Origin: Planctomycetota bacterium
GTDB lineage: Bacteria > Planctomycetota > UBA8108 > UBA1146
Reading direction: 5' to 3'
NCBI GenBank assembly: GCA_036125855.1
Contig: JAYZTT010000005.1
Coordinates: forward strand, 179,059 to 243,058
DNA: 64,000 bases
Shown here: positions 1 through 10,054 of the stretch, in pieces
Layout: every line of letters starts with the position of its first letter
How positions within the stretch are numbered: position 1 is the stretch's first letter
Made by a program: the position numbers and the translations under genes
The notes under the pieces: model-generated
The model's database searches: none
Seen by the model: only the letters and a program-made list of their open reading frames with translations
What the model was told of the DNA's origin: nothing

Positions 1-625
1 CTGGCTTCCGGCACTGGATGGTAGCAAGCACACCGAGGAACGAGTCCGTAACGATATCGATGCAGAACCTCATATCCGCTGTCCCCGCTTGCGAAGCTGT
101 CGTTGCAAGCAACACATCGATAACGAAGACCTGCTCAAAGGTTTCGATATTCCTGATCTGCTGCCTGCTGCATTTGTCGTTGATCCCGATGGAGAATCAC
201 TACGGCAATTGGCTCCGGAACTTCCATTTCAAGACGTCGATAAATTGAAGTTGCATTTCGAGGCCAGTAGGAATCCAGAACGAGCCACTCGACTCCATCT
301 GGAATTCATGGAAATCCACCTGCAACGTGCTGAGAAGTATTTTGCCGAGGCTGAATACGCCAAGGGAAGCAGGGAACTGGTAGCGGCAAAACGGAACCTG
401 CACAGATTTGGTCCTCGACTTCACGCTCGCTGGGACGAAGTTTGCAAACCCTATCTTGGATATGGAAAGAGGATGTTGTATCGAGCCAAGCAGATGGGGC
501 GGATTGACCCGACTCGTCGAATCCAGCTGCTACGTAGTATCACCGAAGAACTGTCCGGGTTACCCCCCGGCGATACCGCGCTGGCACTGTTGAGGCGAGA
601 CCTGAGACTGCCACGAAAAGACTGA
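1..625 (+). CDS. Hypothetical protein, 3' part (gene starts before the window); Arg-rich, no recognisable domain
   Basis: The frame of the 89..625 ORF stays open back to position 2, so the ORF enters from upstream. No family recognised. Confidence 0.4.
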   Translation, partial: WLPALDGSKHTEERVRNDIDAEPHIRCPRLRSCRCKQHIDNEDLLKGFDIPDLLPAAFVVDPDGESLRQLAPELPFQDVDKLKLHFEASRNPERATRLHLEFMEIHLQRAEKYFAEAEYAKGSRELVAAKRNLHRFGPRLHARWDEVCKPYLGYGKRMLYRAKQMGRIDPTRRIQLLRSITEELSGLPPGDTALALLRRDLRLPRKD

Positions 626-645
626 CTGTTCAGGGATCACCGGAG

Positions 646-1041
646 CTAGAACATTCCCAGCTGCAGCCGCGCACCCTCGGTCATCCGATCCTTGGTCCAC
701 GGCGGGTCCCACACCACTCCGACCGTACATTCCTCGACCCCTGCGACCTCGGTTATTTTTTGCTCGACCTCACCGGGCAAGGTGCCCGCAACGGGACATG
801 CAGGAGAGGTCAATGTCATATCCACCTCGACCCTGGCATCGATGATATCGACGCGATAGATCAGCCCCAGCTCGTAGATATTGACCGGAATCTCGGGATC
901 GAAGCAGCTCTCCATCGCTTTCACGACCTGATCCTCGAGGGTTCCCTCCTGTGCCTGTAGCCCCGCCGGACGTATCCCTTCCCCGCTAGCTTCCTCGGAG
1001 GAATCAGGACCATCCGTTGTTTCTTGAGGTTCTTCCATCAT
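646..1041 (-). CDS. sufT: SufT-like DUF59 (MIP18 family) Fe-S assembly protein
   Basis: Motif PEIPVNIYELGLIY typical of DUF59. Internal ATG at 1041 gives an ATGA overlap with the sufU stop. Last gene of the suf operon. Confidence 0.75.
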   Translation of the reverse strand: MMEEPQETTDGPDSSEEASGEGIRPAGLQAQEGTLEDQVVKAMESCFDPEIPVNIYELGLIYRVDIIDARVEVDMTLTSPACPVAGTLPGEVEQKITEVAGVEECTVGVVWDPPWTKDRMTEGARLQLGMF

Positions 1042-1490
1042 TCGGTGCAGACCTCTCCATCTTGTTCGTCCAGAGCCTGAATCAATGTATGCCATACCAG
1101 TGTGGCGCATTTGACTCGTGACGGAAATTCTTTCACTCCCCCAAAAACCTTGAGCTTCATCAATCCGTCACGCGACGGAGGGCTCCCATCACCGGCCACC
1201 ATCCCGCGAAACTCGGAGAAAATCTCGCGAACTTCAGCTTCTGATCGCCCCTTCAGGACTTCCGTCAGGATCGATGCAGATGCTGTCGATATGGCGCAAC
1301 CGCATCCTTCAAAAGCGATCTCCTGTAAAATCCCGGCCGAGTCACGGTGCAGAAAAATCTCCACCTCGTCTCCGCAAAGCGGATTGTAACCGCGCGCCGA
1401 TAAATTCTGATTTTCTATGGGACCAAAATTCCTCGGTGAACGGGAATGCTCCAGTATCATCTCCTGGTAAAGTTCTCGGAGATCGCTCAC
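1038..1490 (-). CDS. sufU: SufU / NifU-like Fe-S cluster scaffold (sulfur acceptor)
   Basis: Conserved Cys motifs (NPLCGD, GCGCAIS) characteristic of SufU. 4 nt overlap with sufS. Confidence 0.85.
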   Translation of the reverse strand: MSDLRELYQEMILEHSRSPRNFGPIENQNLSARGYNPLCGDEVEIFLHRDSAGILQEIAFEGCGCAISTASASILTEVLKGRSEAEVREIFSEFRGMVAGDGSPPSRDGLMKLKVFGGVKEFPSRVKCATLVWHTLIQALDEQDGEVCTE

Positions 1491-2743
1491 CTGAACACTG
1501 CCTTGGCTGTTTCGATGGCTTCTAGCAGCGAAATAACATCTGCTGTTTCGCTATATACCGCGAAGGAAGCGCGGATGGTCGCCGGCAACCCGAAGTATTT
1601 CATCAGTGGCATGGCACAGTGGTGACCGGCTCGGATCGCAACTCCACTTTGATCCATGATGGTACCCACGTCATGCGGATGGATTCCCTCCAGGATAAAG
1701 GAGACGGAAGATACCCGTTCAACCGGATTCCCGATGATCCTTAAACCCTCTACCGCGCCAAGTTTCAAAACAGCATCATCGAGGAGAACCTGTTCATGGG
1801 CCTGTATCGCTTCCAGACCAATACTCCGGATGAAGTCGATGGCGGCTCCCAGTCCGATCACGGCGCCTATATCCGGAGTACCCGCCTCGAATTTCCAGGG
1901 AACATCTGCATATGTGGTCCCGTCGAAGGAAACACTACGGATCATATCTCCCCCGCCCTGCCAGGGAGGCATCGAGTCGAGCAGTTCCATCCGCCCCCAC
2001 AGCACACCTGAACCGGTTGGCCCATACATCTTGTGGCCACTGAATGCGAGGAAGTCGCAGTCCAGATCCTGAACATCTATCGGTAGGTGTGAAACAGACT
2101 GGGCGGCATCGAGGACGTTCAATGCGCCGACCCTGCGGGCAGCTTGAAAAATCAACTTGACGTTATTGACGGTTCCGATGGCGTTGGAAACATGGCCGAT
2201 GGAAACGATTCGCGTTTTCTCGTTCAACAGGGTATCGAGGTCATCGAGAACAAGTTCGCCATCATCGGAACAGGGAATCACACGAAGTACAGCGCCCATC
2301 TCCTGACAGAGCATCTGCCACGGAACAATATTGGCATGATGTTCCAGGGTGCTGATCAGAATCTCATCTCCGGCTCCAACACGATCTCTCCCGATGGTTC
2401 TTGCCACCAGGTTGATGGATTCCGTAGTTCCTCTCGTGAAAACCACTTCTCGTGAATCAGTGGCATTTATCAAACCGGCCACTTTTTCCCTGACACCCTC
2501 GTACCGTGCAGTAGCTTTCTCACTCAGGAGATGAACGCCGCGATGGATGTTGGAACAATCCTCGCGGTAGTAGCTATTGAGCGCAGCCAGTACAGAGGTC
2601 GGTTTCTGTGTAGTTGCAGCACTATCGAGATAGACCAGTGGATGACCATGAACAACCTGATCCAGGCAGGGGAACAGGGACCTGACCGTCGACAGTTCAA
2701 CAGAAGCCTGGCCAGGTTCGTCGATGGGAGATTGCCTGTTCAA
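1487..2743 (-). CDS. sufS: Cysteine desulfurase SufS (PLP-dependent, class V aminotransferase)
   Basis: 418 aa. SGHKMYGPTGSGVLWG PLP-lysine region, C-terminal active-site Cys loop (GHHCAMP). Sits in the suf operon. Confidence 0.9.
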   Translation of the reverse strand: MNRQSPIDEPGQASVELSTVRSLFPCLDQVVHGHPLVYLDSAATTQKPTSVLAALNSYYREDCSNIHRGVHLLSEKATARYEGVREKVAGLINATDSREVVFTRGTTESINLVARTIGRDRVGAGDEILISTLEHHANIVPWQMLCQEMGAVLRVIPCSDDGELVLDDLDTLLNEKTRIVSIGHVSNAIGTVNNVKLIFQAARRVGALNVLDAAQSVSHLPIDVQDLDCDFLAFSGHKMYGPTGSGVLWGRMELLDSMPPWQGGGDMIRSVSFDGTTYADVPWKFEAGTPDIGAVIGLGAAIDFIRSIGLEAIQAHEQVLLDDAVLKLGAVEGLRIIGNPVERVSSVSFILEGIHPHDVGTIMDQSGVAIRAGHHCAMPLMKYFGLPATIRASFAVYSETADVISLLEAIETAKAVFR

Positions 2744-4050
2744 GAAGAACTCTCCCCGTCTCCAGGAATCGAACGCTGTAGTTCTTCGATGATGAACTCA
2801 CGCAGTTGAGAGGACTCCATGCCAGCCAGCACCTCGGAAGTAAATGCACGAACCAGTAACTTCTTCGCCTCGTCCAGGCTGATCCCCCTGGAGCGAAGGT
2901 AAAAGAGCGCATCGTCATCCAGTTCTCCTACCGTGGCCCCGTGGGTACATTTCACATCATCAGCATAAATTTCAAGACGAGGTCGGGTATTCATCTCCGC
3001 GTCTCTTGAAAGGACTATGGCATCGTTGGATTGCACGGCATCGGTGCGCTGTGCGTCTTGATGAACATGGATCATTCCTGTGAAAACGCCTCGGCTTTTC
3101 TCGGAAAGGACACCACGGTAGATTTCACGGCTGGTGCAGTCTTCTACAGCGTGCTCGATAGTCGTGTGGTGATCGACAACTTCCTTGCCACGTGCCACGT
3201 AAGCTCCGAGCAAATCAACGTGGCAACCGGGCCCGGAGTGAGTGGCGTGAATCTCGTTACGAATCAGATTGGAACCGCAACAGGTCACCAGATCATGAAA
3301 TTGCGAACCTGAATTCTGGGTCACTCTTGTGCCGTGGAAAACCGAATCGCAACCAGGTCGAAACACACGTATCCGGTCGAGGACCGCATCGTCACCCAGA
3401 CTCATTCCCCAGCGAATATTGCCCAGTACCTCTCCAGTGGAACGCACTTCCTCGACGATTTTCAACCGAGAACCGGGGGCGCATCGAACCAGCCCCGTGA
3501 TGTGTGCCGATCCGGCTCCAGTTGAACCGTCGAAGGCATGCAACACGTGAACAGTACCTGGCTCCCCCGAGCCCTCTCCTGAAACTTCGATGAATACACC
3601 ATCATCCAGCATCGCATCGGAGAGGCTTCCAAAGGGGTGATCATCCTCCGGAAAAGAACTACAGAGGAAATTCACCATCTCTGGATTTGATTCGTTACGA
3701 AGTGCAGCGATGGATCCGATCTTGATGGCATCGCCGAGAGCAGACAGGTCGGATAGCTGCTCCTGGAAACAACCATTGATCAGCACCACCCTGGCGATCG
3801 CATCGAGGGGCAGATCGGCATGCTGGGGCACACTGGTGGAGGTCGATAACGATTGGTGACAACCGCCATCGACAAGGCCCGAAAGCGGGGTGTAACGCCA
3901 CTCTTCAGACTTTCGACCCGGAAATCCATGCATCTGGAAGCGCTCAAGCCCACCGGTACGACGTTCATCGAGGCCGTCCTTGGACTCGTTGAGACGTTCG
4001 GTGATGGCGCGTACCGCTTCCGTCCAGGATTCGGTGGCTTCAGTGACCAA
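2740..4050 (-). CDS. sufD: Fe-S cluster assembly protein SufD
   Basis: 436 aa between sufC and sufS. SufB/SufD beta-helix family C-terminus. Confidence 0.85.
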   Translation of the reverse strand: MVTEATESWTEAVRAITERLNESKDGLDERRTGGLERFQMHGFPGRKSEEWRYTPLSGLVDGGCHQSLSTSTSVPQHADLPLDAIARVVLINGCFQEQLSDLSALGDAIKIGSIAALRNESNPEMVNFLCSSFPEDDHPFGSLSDAMLDDGVFIEVSGEGSGEPGTVHVLHAFDGSTGAGSAHITGLVRCAPGSRLKIVEEVRSTGEVLGNIRWGMSLGDDAVLDRIRVFRPGCDSVFHGTRVTQNSGSQFHDLVTCCGSNLIRNEIHATHSGPGCHVDLLGAYVARGKEVVDHHTTIEHAVEDCTSREIYRGVLSEKSRGVFTGMIHVHQDAQRTDAVQSNDAIVLSRDAEMNTRPRLEIYADDVKCTHGATVGELDDDALFYLRSRGISLDEAKKLLVRAFTSEVLAGMESSQLREFIIEELQRSIPGDGESSS

Positions 4051-4058
4051 GATTCCTC

Positions 4059-4853
4059 CTAGCTATTGCTCCCGGCGCTGGCATCCGTTGCCTCTAACCA
4101 GGAGTAGCCTTCCCGCTCGAGCTCGTGGGCCAGAGTTTTATCGCCACTGCGAACGATCTTTCCATCTGAAAGCACATGAACATGATCAGGAACGATGTGA
4201 TCGAGCAACCGCTGATAATGGGTCACCACGATGAAAGCCCGATCTTCCCGGCGTAGAGCATTGACTCCCTCTGCAACGATTCGCAGGGCATCGATATCCA
4301 GCCCGGAATCGGTTTCGTCGAGGATCGCCAGTTTGGGATCGAGCACCGCCATTTGAAGGATCTCGTTGCGCTTCTTCTCGCCACCGCTGAAGCCATCGTT
4401 GACGGAACGGTGCAACAACTTCTCATCGATACCGACCAGATCTGTTTTGGATCGGATCAGTTCGAGGAAATCTACCGCATCCACTTCCGATTCTTCGCGA
4501 TATCGGCGCACAGAATTGAGAGCAGTTCGAAGGAAATATGCGTTTGAGATTCCGGGTATCGAGACCGGATACTGGAACGCCATGAAGATTCCTTCGCAGG
4601 CACGCTCATCTGCCGATAGCTCGAGGAGATCGAGATCACGATACTGAACGGTCCCTCGATCCACCTGATACTCTTCCCGTCCGGAAAGGACATTGGCAAA
4701 AGTACTCTTCCCGGATCCGTTCGGCCCCATGATGGCGTGCACCTCTCCCGGCTTCACCTGGAGATCCAGTCCACGCAAGATCTCTGTACCTTCAACGGAA
4801 GCATGAAGATCCTTGACATCGAGTAACATTTCTTCCTTCTTCCCGCTCATCAA
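4059..4853 (-). CDS. sufC: Fe-S cluster assembly ATPase SufC
   Basis: Walker [13 protein letters not shown] signature LSGGEKKR, Walker [11 protein letters not shown]. Confidence 0.92.
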   Translation of the reverse strand: MMSGKKEEMLLDVKDLHASVEGTEILRGLDLQVKPGEVHAIMGPNGSGKSTFANVLSGREEYQVDRGTVQYRDLDLLELSADERACEGIFMAFQYPVSIPGISNAYFLRTALNSVRRYREESEVDAVDFLELIRSKTDLVGIDEKLLHRSVNDGFSGGEKKRNEILQMAVLDPKLAILDETDSGLDIDALRIVAEGVNALRREDRAFIVVTHYQRLLDHIVPDHVHVLSDGKIVRSGDKTLAHELEREGYSWLEATDASAGSNS

Positions 4854-6292
4854 CCGACACTCCCCTCAAGACTCACAGCCAGTAGCTTCTGCGCCTCTAC
4901 TGCGAACTCCATCGGAAGTTCTCTGAACACTTCCTTGCAAAACCCATTCACGATCATCGAAACGGCATCCTCGGTGGAGATACCCCGTTGATTGCAGTAG
5001 AAAATCTGATCTTCGCCAATTTTCGATGTGGTCGCCTCGTGCTCGACCTTTGCAGTGGGATTACGAACCTCTATGTATGGGAACGTGTGAGCACCACAAC
5101 GATCACCCAGGAGCATCGAGTCACACTGCGAAAAATTCCTGGCACCCTCGGCACCCTTCTTCACATCGACCAGACCACGATAGGTATTCTGCCCCTGACC
5201 AGCACTGATTCCTTTTGAAACGATGGTACTGGTCGTGCCTTTACCGATGTGAATCATCTTGGTCCCGGTATCGGCCTGCTGGAAATTGTTGGTGAGAGCC
5301 ACCGAGTAGAACTCACCCACTGATTCCTCTCCCAGAAGGATGCATGACGGATACTTCCAGGTAATTGCGGATCCAGTCTCGACCTGGGTCCAGGAGATCT
5401 TTGATCGGTCTCCCTTGCATAGCCCCCTCTTGGTGACAAAGTTGTAGATGCCACCGACACCTTCGGCATCGCCTGGATACCAGTTTTGAACCGTCGAGTA
5501 CTTGATGGTCGCATCTTCGAGCGCAACCAACTCGACGACTGCCGCATGTAACTGGTTTTCATCTCGCATCGGGGCGGTACAGCCCTCGAGATACGACACG
5601 GTCGATCGTTCAGCGGCAACGATCAGGGTCCGTTCAAATTGTCCGGTACCTGCAGCGTTTATCCTGAAATAAGTGGAGAGTTCCATCGGACAGCGCACCC
5701 CTTCGGGGATGTAGCAGAAGGAGCCATCAGAGAACACCGCTGCATTCAGAGCAGAGTAAAAGTTATCGGTGTAAGGAACCACTGAACCGAGGTACTGACG
5801 AATCAGTTCAGGATGTTGAGCTACCGCCTCGGAGAAAGAGCAGAAGATGATCCCCAGATCAGCCAGCTTATCGCTGAAGGTCGTGGCCACTGACACGCTG
5901 TCGAATACAGCATCGACAGCGACACCGGTCAGTCGCTTCTGTTCATCAAGGGAAATCCCGAGCTTCTCGAAAGTTTCCAGGAGTTCCGGGTCTACCTCGT
6001 CGAGGCTATCCAGTGTCTTTTTTGGTTTGGGCGCGCTGTAGTAACTAATTTCCTGGTAGTCGATGACATTTCGATCAACTTTTGCCCAGCACGGATCTTC
6101 CATCGTGACCCAATGGCGATAAGCCTTCAGACGAAACTCGAGAAGCCAATCTGGCTCATTTTTTCGCCGAGAGATTTCATGAATCGTCGATTCATCGAGA
6201 CCGGCAGCGATGGTGTCGGACTCGACATCGGTGACGAAACCAAACTCGTATTCCTTATCAGCGAGGTCTTGTAATTCCTTGGCTTCAGACAT
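4850..6292 (-). CDS. sufB: Fe-S cluster assembly scaffold SufB
   Basis: About 480 aa. Start trimmed to [10 protein letters not shown] (ATG 6292, GGAGGA RBS upstream); the ORF-track N-extension overlaps the upstream regulator. Strong SufB conservation. Confidence 0.9.
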   Translation of the reverse strand: MSEAKELQDLADKEYEFGFVTDVESDTIAAGLDESTIHEISRRKNEPDWLLEFRLKAYRHWVTMEDPCWAKVDRNVIDYQEISYYSAPKPKKTLDSLDEVDPELLETFEKLGISLDEQKRLTGVAVDAVFDSVSVATTFSDKLADLGIIFCSFSEAVAQHPELIRQYLGSVVPYTDNFYSALNAAVFSDGSFCYIPEGVRCPMELSTYFRINAAGTGQFERTLIVAAERSTVSYLEGCTAPMRDENQLHAAVVELVALEDATIKYSTVQNWYPGDAEGVGGIYNFVTKRGLCKGDRSKISWTQVETGSAITWKYPSCILLGEESVGEFYSVALTNNFQQADTGTKMIHIGKGTTSTIVSKGISAGQGQNTYRGLVDVKKGAEGARNFSQCDSMLLGDRCGAHTFPYIEVRNPTAKVEHEATTSKIGEDQIFYCNQRGISTEDAVSMIVNGFCKEVFRELPMEFAVEAQKLLAVSLEGSVG

Positions 6293-6803
6293 CTCTATCC
6301 TCCAGGGATTCTTCCTGAACCTGAGCTGGCATTGAAGCGACAATTCCACCCGGTACCGACATCTGCGCCAAGGTGATCCCTTCAAGCGTTTCTCGAACAC
6401 GATCATTGATGTAACGCCAGTTAGCACTCATCGGACAGAGCGCTCCAACACCACATTCATCGGGCCCGGCATCGGCGCATTCGGTCAGGGAGATGGGACC
6501 ATCCAGCGCCTCGATAATCTCCTGAACCGTGATCCACTGCGGATCTCGAGCCAGTCGATAGCCACCCTGAACCCCTCTCCGCGATTCAAGCACACCGCCC
6601 CGAGCCAGTGCTTTCAGAATCTTGCTGACCGTGGGTAGCGCCAGTCCGGTGACGACTGCGATCTCGGGAGCCGACAGCACTCGCTGCGCTGGTTCGGAGT
6701 CCCTCCACCCCTCGGAGTCAGCTGGAAAATCCTGCACCAGGGAGGTGAGAATCAAAATTCCGTAATCGGTCTCTCGATTGATCCGGAACAACGGATCCCC
6801 CAT
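6285..6803 (-). CDS. Rrf2-family (IscR-like) transcriptional regulator, first gene of the suf operon
   Basis: N-terminal winged HTH ([11 protein letters not shown]...[24 protein letters not shown]). Three Cys with C-x7-C-x5-C spacing, consistent with Fe-S ligation. Start taken at MGDPLF. Confidence 0.8.
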   Translation of the reverse strand: MGDPLFRINRETDYGILILTSLVQDFPADSEGWRDSEPAQRVLSAPEIAVVTGLALPTVSKILKALARGGVLESRRGVQGGYRLARDPQWITVQEIIEALDGPISLTECADAGPDECGVGALCPMSANWRYINDRVRETLEGITLAQMSVPGGIVASMPAQVQEESLEDRDV

Positions 6804-6878
6804 TTCTGGTAGCAGCGAAAACCGCGTCAAAGTGCCCAGAAGGTCATAAACAGGTAGATTTACTCCAGCCGCCTAATC

Positions 6879-6895
6879 AGGACCATTTCTGTCCT
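6879..6895. promoter_or_regulatory. Inverted repeat AGGAC-N7-GTCCT in the divergent rrf2(suf)/ctaB intergenic region; candidate operator
   Basis: Perfect 5 bp inverted repeat about 75 nt upstream of the rrf2 start. Does not match the E. coli IscR type-1 consensus. Confidence 0.2.
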
Positions 6896-6997
6896 CATTC
6901 ATTGTCCCGAATCGAACCCTGGCCGTCAAGCAATCCCATAGACTCTCCAGCTCTGCTGGTCGAGTTCCCCTTCACCCCCTAAACTCCTGACTCTGGA

Positions 6998-7978
6998 GTG
7001 CAGAAAGGAGCCGGTTTGACGTCGTCGCCACGGACATCCCCTCAGGCCGATTCGCAGCCGTCAAACAGCCCGGATCCAGGCTTACTCAGTGATCTCTATC
7101 AACTGGCCAAGCCGAGGCTAACGCTGCTGGTGGTGATCACCTCGGCTCTCGGGGTTGCGGCTGCCTGGCCATTTCTTCCCCACCGGGAATTCGCGTTGAC
7201 CACCCCCGAACTGCTCGAACGATTGTTGCAGATCAGCGGCATCGCCTGCGGCACCGCCCTGATGGCAGCCGCCGCCAATGCCTTGAATCAATGGTGGGAA
7301 CGAAGTCCCGATCAGCTGATGCGAAGAACCGCCGGGCGGGCCACGGCCACCGGCAGAATTGGTGGGAAAATCATCCTGGTCTACTCATTGATCACCGGAT
7401 GCGGTGGCGGATATCTGTTGTACATCTCTGGCAATGAACTGGCATGCATACTGGGATTCTTGAGTCTGGTGCTTTATATCCTCGTCTATACTCCGATGAA
7501 GAGGAGATCGACGCTGAATACATTACTCGGAGCGATTCCCGGTGCCCTACCGCCACTCATCGGCTGGTGTGGAACCGGAGCTCCGTTGTACCACCCGGTA
7601 GGACTCTCGTTATTCGCCATTCTCTTCTCCTGGCAAATTCCACACTTCCTGGCGATCGCCTGGATGCATCGTGAGGAATACGAACGAGCAGGCTTTCGAA
7701 TGTTACCGGTGGTCGATCCCGAAGGGCACCGTACGGCAAGAACGGCGCTGATCTGGTCGCTTTTCCTCTGGGCGTTGAGCTTGACCCCGGTCCTGATGGG
7801 GGTCGCCGGAGCCATCTATCTGGCGGTCGCGACCGTCGCCGGTTCGTTCATCACCTATCGAGCCTACCTCCTGGCAAAGACCAAGGAGGTGACCGCAGCG
7901 CGCCGTCTCTTCTTCGCCAGCCTGATCTACCTGCCCATCGTTCTTGGAGCGCTGGTGGCGAACCCGAGCCTGTCCTGA
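6998..7978 (+). CDS. ctaB: Protoheme IX farnesyltransferase (heme o synthase, CtaB/CyoE/COX10)
   Basis: UbiA-family polytopic protein with conserved Asp-rich motifs. Divergent from suf, pointing at the cox cluster. Confidence 0.88.
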   Translation: MQKGAGLTSSPRTSPQADSQPSNSPDPGLLSDLYQLAKPRLTLLVVITSALGVAAAWPFLPHREFALTTPELLERLLQISGIACGTALMAAAANALNQWWERSPDQLMRRTAGRATATGRIGGKIILVYSLITGCGGGYLLYISGNELACILGFLSLVLYILVYTPMKRRSTLNTLLGAIPGALPPLIGWCGTGAPLYHPVGLSLFAILFSWQIPHFLAIAWMHREEYERAGFRMLPVVDPEGHRTARTALIWSLFLWALSLTPVLMGVAGAIYLAVATVAGSFITYRAYLLAKTKEVTAARRLFFASLIYLPIVLGALVANPSLS

Positions 7979-8958
7979 TGGCTCACTTCACCGACCCATC
8001 TGACGACGGCAGCCGCTCTCGATTGATGCCTCCCTGGTGGTTGATGGGGTTACTGCTGGGGATGTGCATCGCGGTCCTCCTGTGGAGGATTCCCTCGCTA
8101 CTGAAAGCCATCGAGGAGAAGAGGGTCCTCGGTCCCGATGCAGGGATCACCAATGGCTTTGATCTCTCCACGGAACTTCGATCCGATGAAACCCTGGTCC
8201 GTTTCGGAGCTCCGGAAGAAGTGCTCCCCATCGATAATCCAGAGATCTGGAATACCGCCATTGTCGATGAACTGGGCGAGAACTACAGAACCCGGTTTCT
8301 GGTTTCCGAAAGTGAAGTGGTCGGGGTGGTCATCGATGGAAAAGCTCGTGCCTATCCGTATCGAATTCTCCAGTGGCACGAGGTGGTCAATGACGTACTG
8401 GGGGATGTACCGATCTGTGTCGTCTACCATCCCCTCTCTGCAACCACCACGGTATTTCAGAGACCGAAAGGAGCAGCAGAGGAACCGGTGGTGTTCGGTT
8501 CCAGTGGACTGGTTGTCGACTGTTGCATGTTGATTCACGAACGTCTCGGTCCTGGCGCCCGCTCCCGTGAGAACCTGTGGAGCCCCACAGACGGAAGGGC
8601 AATCTCCGGTCCAAGATCGGGAGAACCGTTACAGTTGCTTCCTTTTCGTTTGACCACCTGGAAAAAATGGCGTGAAGATCATCCGGATACAGACGTTCTT
8701 GGCATGGCAGAAAGCCATCGGCGCTACTACAAGAAAGAGCCCTACAGTTCCTATCGGTTAGTCGATCGCCCTCGGTATCCACATCAGCCGAAACCTCCGG
8801 CAGGAGAACTGGCAAATCTCTCTCCGGTCACAATCAGTCAGGAGAATGGAGAATGGATCGCCAGGATCAGGGACTCCTCCAGCGATGCAGCACGAGCGCA
8901 GGTGATCTCCTCCTGGTTCGCGGTCCATGCCCGTGAAATCCCCATCGCAGGTGACTAG
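7978..8958 (+). CDS. Membrane-anchored DUF3179-like protein, translationally coupled to ctaB
   Basis: 326 aa, N-terminal TM helix. Recalled resemblance to DUF3179 (ARAYPYRILQWHEVVNDVLGDVPICVVYHPL); family call unverified. 1 nt overlap with the ctaB stop. Confidence 0.55.
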   Translation: MAHFTDPSDDGSRSRLMPPWWLMGLLLGMCIAVLLWRIPSLLKAIEEKRVLGPDAGITNGFDLSTELRSDETLVRFGAPEEVLPIDNPEIWNTAIVDELGENYRTRFLVSESEVVGVVIDGKARAYPYRILQWHEVVNDVLGDVPICVVYHPLSATTTVFQRPKGAAEEPVVFGSSGLVVDCCMLIHERLGPGARSRENLWSPTDGRAISGPRSGEPLQLLPFRLTTWKKWREDHPDTDVLGMAESHRRYYKKEPYSSYRLVDRPRYPHQPKPPAGELANLSPVTISQENGEWIARIRDSSSDAARAQVISSWFAVHAREIPIAGD

Positions 8959-9578
8959 GCGAGCCACAGCAAAAACGCAAACAGCCCTACCCAGACCCCA
9001 TCGAGAAAGTGCCAGTAGAGATTCACGTGTCTGACCATCTCACAATGAAGACTCCAGTATCCCCCGCGTAGTGCATGAGTCGTCACGTACCCCTGAAAAA
9101 TCAATCCGCCAGCAACGTGCAGGGCGTGCAATAATCCGAGCACATAGATACTCCAGCCATGAAGGCTGCTCGAAGCGCTGAACGAGGTTTCCTCTCCCGC
9201 CAGTAGCATCGCTCTCCATACCTGCTCCTGCAAAATCAAGAACAGAAAACCGAGCGCCAGGACCAGCACCATGTAGATTTTGAAACTGCGGGTCGAGTCA
9301 CGGCGGACCGCTTTCAGGCCTAGCTGGGAAAAGACACTGACCAGCAACATGACTCCTGTACTGAGCCATGCCAGGTCAGGGATCCTTGGAGCCCCCGCAC
9401 CCCAGTTTGGATTGCTATTTCGGATGATGACAATCGCAACGATGCTGGCGCCGAAAAATATCCCCAGGGAGACCAGGAAAAGTTGCATTCCCATTCGAGC
9501 CAGAATCGGTGAAGGAGAAGGGCCGAAGGGTTCGTTCCCCTCTCCCCTGCTGACAGGTGGTTGCTCCGAAGAAGCCAC
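8955..9578 (-). CDS. Cytochrome c oxidase subunit III-family protein (5-TM paralog)
   Basis: 207 aa. C-terminal YWHFLDGVWVGLF, the CoxIII signature helix. Last gene of the cox array. Confidence 0.7.
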   Translation of the reverse strand: MASSEQPPVSRGEGNEPFGPSPSPILARMGMQLFLVSLGIFFGASIVAIVIIRNSNPNWGAGAPRIPDLAWLSTGVMLLVSVFSQLGLKAVRRDSTRSFKIYMVLVLALGFLFLILQEQVWRAMLLAGEETSFSASSSLHGWSIYVLGLLHALHVAGGLIFQGYVTTHALRGGYWSLHCEMVRHVNLYWHFLDGVWVGLFAFLLWLA

Positions 9579-9590
9579 CAGAACTCCGTA

Positions 9591-10046
9591 CTATCCCTGT
9601 TCGCCCCCGAATTGTTCGGTGTTGATCTTCAAGAAGGGGTCATCGAGTAGGTCAGAGTTGTATTCTGCCGTATCGAGGAGCGCAAACCCAAGAAAGACTC
9701 CCAAAAACAGGAGAGAGCCAACAAAAACTATCGAATTGAAGGGGCGGTCCCAGCGCAGGTGCATGAAATACAGTGAAACCAGGGTTGCCTTGACGGTCGC
9801 CACTCCCATCGCCACCACCACGTTCAACCCGCCCATGTCAACGTAAGAAACGGCAACGGTCAGCCAGGTCAGAAACAGCAGCGCCGTCAGAACCACAAAT
9901 AGCAGCGTCGGTCCGGTCATATGCCCGAACTCTGGATGGGGAACGGCCTGCTTCTTTTCCTTGTTGTAGACAAAGATGGTCGAAAAAAGGCTCAGAAATG
10001 CCGCAGAAAGGATCAACAGATCGACATTGTCGAGGATTTCATTCAT
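9591..10046 (-). CDS. Cytochrome c oxidase subunit IV (caa3-type small subunit, CtaF-like)
   Basis: 151 aa, about 4 TM, LYFMHLRWD motif typical of bacterial CoxIV. Between the two coxIII genes. Confidence 0.65.
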   Translation of the reverse strand: MNEILDNVDLLILSAAFLSLFSTIFVYNKEKKQAVPHPEFGHMTGPTLLFVVLTALLFLTWLTVAVSYVDMGGLNVVVAMGVATVKATLVSLYFMHLRWDRPFNSIVFVGSLLFLGVFLGFALLDTAEYNSDLLDDPFLKINTEQFGGEQG

Positions 10047-10054
10047 CGGTATTC

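Noticed and set aside
18-248. 76 aa ORF in an alternative frame at the window start
   Set aside because: It overlaps the longer frame, which stays open to the window edge. It has no RBS, so I preferred the longer, open-ended frame.
4850-6427. ORF-track N-terminal extensions (sufB 525 aa; also lpxB, the amidotransferase, coxII, the secreted protein, the histone-like gene, bamA)
   Set aside because: The extensions overlap upstream genes or lack an RBS. Internal start codons with an RBS and/or an ATGA-type overlap were chosen instead, and the coordinates in the feature table reflect that.
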